Below are positions 47,389 through 55,216 of a stretch of 64,000 nt of DNA, in pieces. Below the pieces are notes generated by a model that was not told the origin of the DNA, did not search any database, and saw only the letters and a program-made list of their open reading frames with translations. The DNA is from an uncultured Candidatus Saccharibacteria bacterium (GTDB lineage Bacteria > Patescibacteriota > Saccharimonadia > Saccharimonadales > 2-12-FULL-41-12). Made by a program: the position numbers and the translations under genes. Position 1 is the first letter of the stretch. Each line of letters opens with the position of its first letter. The DNA lies in the NCBI GenBank assembly GCA_947085855.1, contig CAMTYB010000001.1, forward strand, positions 564,427 to 628,426, given 5' to 3'.

Positions 47389-48660
47389 ATGGAAACAAAA
47401 GCACCCGAACTCAAATACTGTCTGTATGCACGTAAATCGAGCGAATCAGACGAACGACAGATAATGTCGATTGATTCACAGCTTAACGAAATGAAGCTGA
47501 TTGCTCAAAAAGAAGGGTTGAATATAGTAAAAATCTTAGAGGAGAGTCACTCCGCTAAAGAATCGGGTAAGCGCCCAATCTTTAATGAGTTACTTAGTGG
47601 ATTTAGAAATGATGAGTATAACGCATGCTTAACGTGGGCACCTGATAGAATGAGCAGAAATGCCGGGGATTTGGGGTCACTAGTAGACCTTATGGATAGT
47701 AAGAAGCTAGCTCAAATCCGTACGTATTCGCAGACGTTTACAAATAATCCTAATGAAAAGTTCCTTCTGATGATTCTCTGCTCACAGGCCAAGCTTGAAA
47801 ACGATAACCGCGGCTTGAATATTCTACGAGGTATTAAAAATAAATGTGAAATGGGATGGCGGCCTGGCGTTGCACCACTAGGTTACATGAATCGCCACTT
47901 TGGAGGGGTTAAAGATATAATACCCGATCCAGATAGAGCACATGTCATTACGGAGATATATCAGAAAGCTGGCTATCACGGCTGGAGTGGTCGGCGTTTG
48001 AAAGAATGGTGCGACGAAATAGGTTTCACGAATCGGTCAGGCAAACCAGTAGCTTTGAGTCAAATCTTCTTGATTCTCATGAACCCGTTCTACTACGGTG
48101 AATTTGAGTATCCAGAAGGTAGTGGCAAATGGTTTAAGGGATCGCACGAGCCCTTAATATCCAAAGATATGTACGAACTTGTCCAACAATTTAGAGGAGC
48201 ATATAAAGGTAAATGGGGATCCAAACAGTTTGCGTACCGCGGTTTATTGCAATGTGGACACTGTGGAGGTGAAGTTACAGCAGAGGAGAAATTTAAAAAA
48301 CTTAATAACGGTGAAATTAACCGTCATGTATATTATCGATGCACAAAGAAAGTAGATTTAAAATGTCCAGAAAAGTACGTGAATGAAAAAATACTTGAAG
48401 AATTAATAGAGAAATTTATTACTCAGAATTTGGTGAAGCTCAAGATTGCAGATTCACTCAGAATAGATATTGAACGGCACTATGTTGTAGCTGAATCACT
48501 TGCCGATTACTACAAAGTATCGATGAAACTAGATAAGCCGCTGATTGAATACACGCGCTATGTGGTAACAAAAGGCAGGTTTGAAGAAAAAGTTGCTTTT
48601 ACAAAGGGCATTACTAGTAAGCTACTTATTAAAGATGGAGAAATTGTTTTTGCGAAGTAA
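47389..48660 (+). CDS. Large serine recombinase (integrase)
   Basis: YARKSSE catalytic Ser, DRMSRN, recombinase domain (NPFYYG, HEPLIS), Zn ribbon CGHC..YYRC..C. Confidence 0.93.
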   Translation: METKAPELKYCLYARKSSESDERQIMSIDSQLNEMKLIAQKEGLNIVKILEESHSAKESGKRPIFNELLSGFRNDEYNACLTWAPDRMSRNAGDLGSLVDLMDSKKLAQIRTYSQTFTNNPNEKFLLMILCSQAKLENDNRGLNILRGIKNKCEMGWRPGVAPLGYMNRHFGGVKDIIPDPDRAHVITEIYQKAGYHGWSGRRLKEWCDEIGFTNRSGKPVALSQIFLILMNPFYYGEFEYPEGSGKWFKGSHEPLISKDMYELVQQFRGAYKGKWGSKQFAYRGLLQCGHCGGEVTAEEKFKKLNNGEINRHVYYRCTKKVDLKCPEKYVNEKILEELIEKFITQNLVKLKIADSLRIDIERHYVVAESLADYYKVSMKLDKPLIEYTRYVVTKGRFEEKVAFTKGITSKLLIKDGEIVFAK

Positions 48661-48768
48661 AACTTAGTTAGAGTAAACTTGTTGATTCAATATTGCAGCC
48701 TAGAAGATCTAGACCGACTACAGTTAATATGCTAATGTATATAGGCTAAGATAAAAAATAAAAACAGT

Positions 48769-49938
48769 ATGAATATAAAAAGTTTACGTTTAAATAGAAC
48801 AGTTTTAATCATTAGTTTAATTGGCGTAGTTTTATTTTCTGCGTCTAATCTCCCTTTTGTTCAGGCTCAATCGCAACAAATCAAGGATCTTCAGCAGCAA
48901 ATTGATCAAGTTCAAAACGACAGTAATCAGAAACGGCATGAAGAAGGCGTACTGAGTATCGAGGCTTCATCGTTAAGTGATGCAATAAATAAGCTGCAAG
49001 GACAAATTAATTCTTCACAAGCACGTATTAGCCAACTTCAGAGTGAAGTAAACACACTTAAGCAGCAAATTACCGAGGCAGAAGCAGAGCTTGCTAAACA
49101 AAGAGGTATACTCGGTGAAACAATAAAAGCAATGTATCTTGAGGGTGATATAACAACTTTGGAGATGCTTGCAACAAGTAAAGACTTGAGCGAATTCTTT
49201 GATAAGCAACAATACCGTGAAAGTGTTAGTTCAAAAATCAAGGTAACACTAGATAAAGTAACCCAACTCAAACTAGAGCTAAATACAAAACGCGAAACAG
49301 TTGAAGCAACGCTTGCTGAACAACAAGCCTTACGAGATCAATTGGCGTCCCAGCGATCTGAAAAAGATCGAATATTAGCGCTTAATCAAGATCAACAAAA
49401 TCAGCTAGAGAATCAAATAAAGGCAAACAGTGGAAAGCTTGCTGAACTCAAGAAAAAACAAGCAGAAGCTGAAGCAGCGCTTGCTCGTTCGTTGAGTAGC
49501 GGCAGTTACAAGACTGCTCCGGCTGGACCAGTTTCAGCAGGTAGCGTAGTGGGAGCGGTCGGTAATACAGGACTTTCTTCTGGCGCACATCTTCATCTCG
49601 AAGCACGTAGTGGCAGTAGTGTAGTGAATCCAGTCCCTTATATAAAGTCCAAGCCGGTTAATATGCCTCCTGGATGGATTAGCCAAGGCTACGGAGTGGC
49701 TAATTCCTTATATCGCAGCGGTTATCACGGAGGCATTGACTACGCGTCTTCTAACGGACAGCCTATATTTGCAATTGACGGCGGTCAAATGTATCGTGGT
49801 TGCTCAAACCAAATGCTCGGTACCCGCAATAACGATTACGGCTATGTGGCAATTGTAGAGCATAGCAACGGCGTAAAAAGTATCTATGCTCACATGAGTG
49901 GCGGCCCTGCTACTTGTAACTACAATACGTATTACTAA
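48769..49938 (+). CDS. Secreted coiled-coil protein with a permuted M23 peptidase domain
   Basis: Signal/TM, PcsB-like coiled coil, GNTG..GAHLHLE, HGGID and YAHM motifs. Confidence 0.85.
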   Translation: MNIKSLRLNRTVLIISLIGVVLFSASNLPFVQAQSQQIKDLQQQIDQVQNDSNQKRHEEGVLSIEASSLSDAINKLQGQINSSQARISQLQSEVNTLKQQITEAEAELAKQRGILGETIKAMYLEGDITTLEMLATSKDLSEFFDKQQYRESVSSKIKVTLDKVTQLKLELNTKRETVEATLAEQQALRDQLASQRSEKDRILALNQDQQNQLENQIKANSGKLAELKKKQAEAEAALARSLSSGSYKTAPAGPVSAGSVVGAVGNTGLSSGAHLHLEARSGSSVVNPVPYIKSKPVNMPPGWISQGYGVANSLYRSGYHGGIDYASSNGQPIFAIDGGQMYRGCSNQMLGTRNNDYGYVAIVEHSNGVKSIYAHMSGGPATCNYNTYY

Positions 49939-50022
49939 TCTAGGTCGGTGGCAGAAAACTTACAGCAAGTAACCCATTTTAGAATTTAAAATGTAACGAT
50001 TAAACCTTAAATAGGAGTCGTT

Positions 50023-50352
50023 ATGGATCAAGAGATGCAAGAATGCATAAATAACTGTAATAATTGCAAACAAGTATGTCTAGAAACGCTTGAATATTGT
50101 AAGGATAAAGGTGGTGAACACGCTGATCCGGATCATCTAAAATTATTAGAAGATTGTGCCAAGATATGTGAGACGAGCGCAGACTTTATGGAACGCGAGT
50201 CTAATTTTCACACTAAGACATGTGCCGTTTGTGCTGAAATATGTGAACGCTGTGCTGAGGCTTGCGAGAAAATGGGAGACGATGAGCAAATGCAGAAATG
50301 TGCGCAAGCTTGCCGCGAATGTGCCGAATCATGTCGCCAGATGAGTAGTTAA
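50023..50352 (+). CDS. Four-helix-bundle Cys-rich copper storage protein (DUF326/Csp3-like)
   Basis: Repeated CxxC/CxxxC helices such as CAVCAEICERCAEAC; no signal peptide. Confidence 0.9.
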   Translation: MDQEMQECINNCNNCKQVCLETLEYCKDKGGEHADPDHLKLLEDCAKICETSADFMERESNFHTKTCAVCAEICERCAEACEKMGDDEQMQKCAQACRECAESCRQMSS

Positions 50353-50357
50353 AGTGG

Positions 50358-50825
50358 TTATGTACTCTTTTTATTTTTCAAAGGAACGGTAGAAGATGCG
50401 ATGCCGATTGCTACTGCAATAACAACTGCATTTTTAATAATATATTGACCTTCCAAGGTAGGTATGAGAAAAGCTTGCCATGTATACTCCGGCACAAGTA
50501 TAAGCGGTGAACATACGATGCCCATATGAACAAGTAGCATTGGTATTACGATGCGTGTTAATTTTGGAAATAGAAAAAGCAGTCCAACTATACATTCGAG
50601 CAAAGCCAGGACAATAAAGAGAAAATCAAAGTATTGCCCTCCCACCGTTTTGTCTACTAGAGCTTGAGCGAGGGGACCGGCTGGACTTAAGCTGAGTAAC
50701 TTTATAAGTCCAAACCAAAAGAATATTAAGAATACAGAAAATCTTGCAACTGGTATAAATGTCCGCTGAAAAAAGGCAATTAACTTCAAGTCAAGCGATT
50801 CATAGTTGATCTTTTTATTTGGCAT
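50358..50825 (-). CDS. DoxX-like membrane protein
   Basis: R..FFWFGLIKL..SPA and PTLEGQYIIKN motifs. Confidence 0.75.
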   Translation of the reverse strand: MPNKKINYESLDLKLIAFFQRTFIPVARFSVFLIFFWFGLIKLLSLSPAGPLAQALVDKTVGGQYFDFLFIVLALLECIVGLLFLFPKLTRIVIPMLLVHMGIVCSPLILVPEYTWQAFLIPTLEGQYIIKNAVVIAVAIGIASSTVPLKNKKST

Positions 50826-50867
50826 AAGCAGTATAAGTATAGTTGTATTGATTACTGGGTGACAAGT

Positions 50868-51101
50868 AAGAAACGGTCAAGGAACACGGTCAGTACTATA
50901 GATGTCCAATCGTTATATAGGCTTACGGTCACTTATAGAACCGAACTAAGAAGTAAAATGCCCTTTTCTACAGATATAAAGGTTCGAATGTTTACTCGCT
51001 ATCATAGCAAGTAGACTCGAACTCAAAATAAATAGGGTTTGTAAGGGGTAAATAGAAAGACCGGTCATAGGAACCGGTCAGGTGTTTTTGAGTGTCCAAT
51101 C
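50868..51101. repeat. Degenerate duplication of the sequence flanking the tRNA 3' end
   Basis: AAGA-x-CGGTCA-x-GGAAC-x-CGGTCAG...TGTCCAATC at 50868-50911 and at 51057-51101. Confidence 0.55.
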
Positions 51102-51176
51102 TGGTAGCGGGGGCAGGACTCGAACCTGCGACCTTGTGGTTATGAGCCACACGAGCTGCCACTGCTCTACCCCGCG
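51102..51176 (-). tRNA. tRNA-Met(CAT), initiator type
   Basis: CGCGGGG..TGTGG-CTCATAA-CCACA..GGTTCGAGTCC..CCCCGCTACCA; unpaired C1:U72. Confidence 0.93.
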
Positions 51177-51256
51177 ATAGGGTGCCGTGCTTGCCGAATA
51201 ATCACTCAGCAAAACAGGAAACTAAATTGTACCAAACAGAGGTCGATATGTCAAGA

Positions 51257-52279
51257 TTAGGCGACTAGTTGAAGTTGCTCGTATTGGCGGCGGTAAACTG
51301 CGGCATCAAAGAGCTCGACCTCAGCAGGCTTAATAGCATGACGATGGTTTTGGTATTCATCCAGGCAAGCGTTACGTGACTCGTCGAGTTTACCAAGTTG
51401 GGCGTTGAAATAAAAACCGGCCATCTTAATGTATTCTGGCCACATATCGCGTTGGTAGAGGTTGACGGTTAGGGCTCGTTGGCTGGATGCGAGTTGATCT
51501 GGGTTAAGCTTGCGCTGCTGACCAGAAACTTCAACGATTCGTCGTAGTTCGGTGTCGGCTTGGCGAAGAATTTCTGCAGCATTGCTTGGCAGGTATCTGA
51601 CTGGTGGTTGTGAGCGGAATGAACGCATATCGATTCGCAAACCATCTCTTCGCTCGACGATCTCTAAAGCGAGCTTATCAATGGCGGCTATTTTGCTGGT
51701 CATTTGCTTAGCGACCGAGCTGGTAGATTTGCGTTCACGTTCCTGGCGATTGTCGGTATTGAGACGGATCGGATTATTACTAAGTGTTTTACTATGGGTG
51801 TGGTCGCGCAGAGCTCGTGAACTGTGTGCAACCTTTCTATAATCGTCTTCATGAAAAGCGACGGCTATATCCGAGGGTACGACTCCGCTAATGTCTAGCG
51901 TGGTTCGTCCATGATAAACGCGCACAGCCTGGCTGACGCCGTGTTCGCGGAAACGTTTGCCAGGGCGTGTTGGTATGTACAAGCCAGATTCAATAGCTGC
52001 AATGTCAACAAGCTTGAGGTCTTCAAAGCTGACGCCAAGCTCAGGAGCTTCATACTTTACGCTATATTCTGAATGAACCGGTGCGATCAAGTGACCAATG
52101 TGGGCAGCCATTTCGGCTGTTGATATAACTCGCGGCAAGCCTTCGTACTGACGTGGTTCGTTGGGGAGGGTAGGTTGTGCTAAGAAGCCTCGATTGTTGA
52201 GTGCATCCATCCATAGCGTGTCCTGAGACGGCATCCCGTCATTCCATAGCGGCTGTGGTGCTAGTTCCTGATTGGACAT
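51257..52279 (-). CDS. Hypothetical protein
   Basis: 340-aa ORF coupled (TAATG) to the upstream ORF. Confidence 0.7.
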   Translation of the reverse strand: MSNQELAPQPLWNDGMPSQDTLWMDALNNRGFLAQPTLPNEPRQYEGLPRVISTAEMAAHIGHLIAPVHSEYSVKYEAPELGVSFEDLKLVDIAAIESGLYIPTRPGKRFREHGVSQAVRVYHGRTTLDISGVVPSDIAVAFHEDDYRKVAHSSRALRDHTHSKTLSNNPIRLNTDNRQERERKSTSSVAKQMTSKIAAIDKLALEIVERRDGLRIDMRSFRSQPPVRYLPSNAAEILRQADTELRRIVEVSGQQRKLNPDQLASSQRALTVNLYQRDMWPEYIKMAGFYFNAQLGKLDESRNACLDEYQNHRHAIKPAEVELFDAAVYRRQYEQLQLVA

Positions 52280-52914
52280 TAGGCGGCCTTGTTGGTGTTA
52301 GAGTTACGCACAGCGAGTGTGGCAAGTCGAGCTTCAACGTCATCAAGTTTGGCTTCCATTGCCTTTCGGTTGTGTGGATCAAAGTACTTTGAAGTTAAGT
52401 CCGCATATTCCGACCGAGCTAAAACTTTTGATTCATCTCTGGTAACGAGCTCAGCATCTACTAATGCGTCTTGTGCGAATACAGGGTTGGCAAACTGAAC
52501 TTTAGCTGCCTTTTTGAGACGCATATTAGCTTCCTTTGACTCTCCAACTCGCTCTTCCATAGCTTCCTTGCTCAGATTCATCTTCAAACGGATTGCTGTG
52601 TATTGAGCGGAGTCTTGTTGGTCAGTATCTTGGAGAAATTTAATATTTCTGTTAAGTGGCTGAGCTAATTTTAAAAGACCTTGCAAGCCAGTGTAGTAGT
52701 CAACCAGGCTAACCGAAACAGCTTCTGGATCTTCAGCTATAGCAGGAGTAGGTGCGGGAGTGTCGCCTGGAGCTTGATTAATAATAGTTGGTTCTCTGTT
52801 TGTAACGGCGGGCTCAAAGGTCATAACAGGGGGCTGAAGAGCCTCATGCAAAGGAAGTTCGGGCTCAGTTGGCTCGAGCAAAGAGATTTGTTCATGTGTT
52901 GGGACATGCGCCAT
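52279..52914 (-). CDS. Hypothetical protein
   Basis: Pro-rich N-terminus and helical C-terminus; TGcTATAAT 6 nt before the ATG at 52914. Confidence 0.7.
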   Translation of the reverse strand: MAHVPTHEQISLLEPTEPELPLHEALQPPVMTFEPAVTNREPTIINQAPGDTPAPTPAIAEDPEAVSVSLVDYYTGLQGLLKLAQPLNRNIKFLQDTDQQDSAQYTAIRLKMNLSKEAMEERVGESKEANMRLKKAAKVQFANPVFAQDALVDAELVTRDESKVLARSEYADLTSKYFDPHNRKAMEAKLDDVEARLATLAVRNSNTNKAA

Positions 52915-52977
52915 ATCTATATTATAGCACAAGAAGTATAGAAAGTAAATAGCTCGTGCTTGATTAACTGGGGTAAT

Positions 52978-53013
52978 AAAAAGAACTCCGGATAAAACAC
53001 CGGAGTTCTTTTT
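52978..53013. terminator. Intrinsic terminator after the RRM gene (A/T tracts on both sides)
   Basis: AAAAGAACTCCGG-N8-CCGGAGTTCTTTT. Confidence 0.85.
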
Positions 53014-53030
53014 GCAATCGGGTAGTTAGA

Positions 53031-53333
53031 CTACCAGCTGCGTGGGCCGCCGCCACCACGGTTGCCGCCATCGCGAGGAGGACGGTCAGTTTGTGGACGG
53101 GCTTCGTTGACACGGATGGTTCGGCCACCGAGGTCGCTATTGTTCATAGCGGCTTCAGCTGCTTTACCTTCGTCGTCGTTTTCGAATTCAACAAAACCAA
53201 AGCCTTTGCTGCGGCCAGTTTCGCGATCAGTGATGATGCGAGCACTCGCTACGCTGCCGTGTTCGGCAAAAGCGGCTTTGAGTTCGTCTTCGGTGGTATT
53301 GAATGGTAGACCACCGACATATAGTTTGTACAT
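53031..53333 (-). CDS. RRM RNA-binding protein
   Basis: RNP2 LYVGGL, RNP1 KGFGFVEF, Gly-rich tail. Confidence 0.95.
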   Translation of the reverse strand: MYKLYVGGLPFNTTEDELKAAFAEHGSVASARIITDRETGRSKGFGFVEFENDDEGKAAEAAMNNSDLGGRTIRVNEARPQTDRPPRDGGNRGGGGPRSW

Positions 53334-53551
53334 ATAAATGAAACTTTCTTTCGTTTACTTAGCAATCGACCTAAAATCTTCTACTTTACTCGGGTGAGCT
53401 CGGTATTAAACGAAAAAAACTTTCATCTAAACACTTGCACGGAACCAAGAATCTGTGAGATCTTGCCCGTATAGCTAACCATTATTTTTGATTTTACACA
53501 AGAGGTTTGCTATAAATAGGATCAAGATAACTAAAATAATCAAAACTAAAA

Positions 53552-54502
53552 ATGAAAATACTACTGAAATTTAGCTGCCTTCTCATCATAGCCGTCTTTG
53601 TGTTGAGCGTAGCGAGCCCGGCTGTTTTAGCCGGTACTGTTAAGCGAAGCTACAAAGCTAACCCTACTCCGCCGCCAAACGACGACTACAATCCCGACGC
53701 AGATCCGCTGCCAGAATGGCTGGTTTTACCTGAAGGCGTGGACGAGAATCAGCTCGAGTTCAAAGGAAACGTTAACTCACAGCAGTCAATCATTAATCGT
53801 CAGGGTGCTGCCAAGTGGACAATCGTGTCCAAGAATAACGGCAAGAGCATTGTCTACCGCTACTACGAGTCAAATAAATTGATGTTTGGTGCCAAAACTA
53901 CCAAGAATTACCTCAAAGTTACGCTCTATGATTCCAACCGTAAAAAGCTCAAAACAATGACCGGCGAAGATTTTTTCAACGATGATATAAGCGTGTCGGA
54001 CGCAAAAGACGTTAGTAAGGGTATTAAAGTAGCCAGCACAAAATTGGCCTATGATGGCTGTCCAGGCAAGCAAGTCCGTAAAGATGCTCGTACCTGCGTC
54101 TCGCCAGACTACAACAAGGTCAGAAAGAATAAAAAGCTGAGTAAACGTCAACTCAAGAAGTTAGCCCACAAAGCGGGATTTCGGGGTGAGGGTCGCAAGA
54201 TTGCCGTGGCTGTAGCTCAGGCGGAATCGAGAGGTCGTATAGGAGAGGTTCTGTGTAATACCAAGAACCCTTATAATCCACGGCACAAGTTTGAGCGGGG
54301 CGTCAGAGCCTGTAGTGGCGACAACGCAAGCGCTGATCGTGGCTTGTGGCAAATTAATAATCGTTGGCACAAAAACGTTAGCAACAAGTGTTCCTTTAAT
54401 ACAAAGTGTAATGCTACCAAAGCTTATAAAATTTCAAACGGAGGACGTGACTGGTCGCCATGGAGTACCTATAAAAACGGACTCTATCAACAGTACCTAT
54501 AG
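53552..54502 (+). CDS. Secreted protein with a C-terminal lysozyme-like transglycosylase domain
   Basis: Signal peptide; AVAVAQAESRG, DRGLWQIN and DWSPWSTY motifs. Confidence 0.82.
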   Translation: MKILLKFSCLLIIAVFVLSVASPAVLAGTVKRSYKANPTPPPNDDYNPDADPLPEWLVLPEGVDENQLEFKGNVNSQQSIINRQGAAKWTIVSKNNGKSIVYRYYESNKLMFGAKTTKNYLKVTLYDSNRKKLKTMTGEDFFNDDISVSDAKDVSKGIKVASTKLAYDGCPGKQVRKDARTCVSPDYNKVRKNKKLSKRQLKKLAHKAGFRGEGRKIAVAVAQAESRGRIGEVLCNTKNPYNPRHKFERGVRACSGDNASADRGLWQINNRWHKNVSNKCSFNTKCNATKAYKISNGGRDWSPWSTYKNGLYQQYL

Positions 54503-54504
54503 AC

Positions 54505-55179
54505 ATGCCGCTCAAACAATCATTAGAAATTGCTCACTATCGGTATCGCTTACGCAAGGCCCAGGTTCGTCTGGTGCTGCGCAAAGTACCGCACGTTCTG
54601 GCTGCTACCACTAACTATATAATTGCCGCTTTTATTATCACTACCCTGATAGCTCTTATGAAGTTCATGCCACTTAGTATGTTGGTGCTTGGGAATGAAT
54701 CTGGCTTGCCCAGCAACTATGCGGGCGAGACAGTGGGGGAGTATGTAGGCGTTTTGTTGAGTGCATTAAATGACATACCGTGGGCTGCTACGCTTATTAC
54801 GATGTTGACGTGGGGATTGGTTGGACTTGTTTGCTACCTCATTTACTTTGTTACAGCCAATACCCTGATTGATGCTCGCAACGAAATTATTTCTGATATA
54901 GATAGCTACGTGGGCGCGCACGTATCACCGGGCTTACTAGTACGACATGCTTTTAATAAATTATCGGCAATTGTTATCTATATCATGCTGATTGCGGTCA
55001 GTTTTACATATTTACTGGGGCTGTGGCTTGATATGATGGGGATTTTTGTTTTGTCGGGTATGCATTTGGATAGCACGCTCGTATATATGGTGGCGGGATG
55101 CGTGGGCCTATTTATTAATGTTTATCTGATTATAGCGATGGCATTCCTGATTTGGCGCAACAACAGTTCTATAGTATAA
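54505..55179 (+). CDS. Hypothetical membrane protein
   Basis: 4 long hydrophobic segments. Confidence 0.7.
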   Translation: MPLKQSLEIAHYRYRLRKAQVRLVLRKVPHVLAATTNYIIAAFIITTLIALMKFMPLSMLVLGNESGLPSNYAGETVGEYVGVLLSALNDIPWAATLITMLTWGLVGLVCYLIYFVTANTLIDARNEIISDIDSYVGAHVSPGLLVRHAFNKLSAIVIYIMLIAVSFTYLLGLWLDMMGIFVLSGMHLDSTLVYMVAGCVGLFINVYLIIAMAFLIWRNNSSIV

Positions 55180-55216
55180 CTATAAGCAGTTAGAGGGTCC
55201 TGGACAAGATAAAAAT

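Larger units (their letters stand above)
34941..51101. mobile_element. Integrated element/genomic island: SIR2-like, LexA-like, ParB-MTase, terminase S/L, copper cargo, serine recombinase (boundaries approximate)
   Basis: Phage-type genes and a large serine recombinase, visibly AT-richer cargo, tRNA-like scar on the left, tRNA-fMet 3' end on the right. Confidence 0.7.

Noticed and set aside
37717-48660. Complete prophage
   Set aside because: No portal, capsid, tail, lysis or replication genes are recognisable
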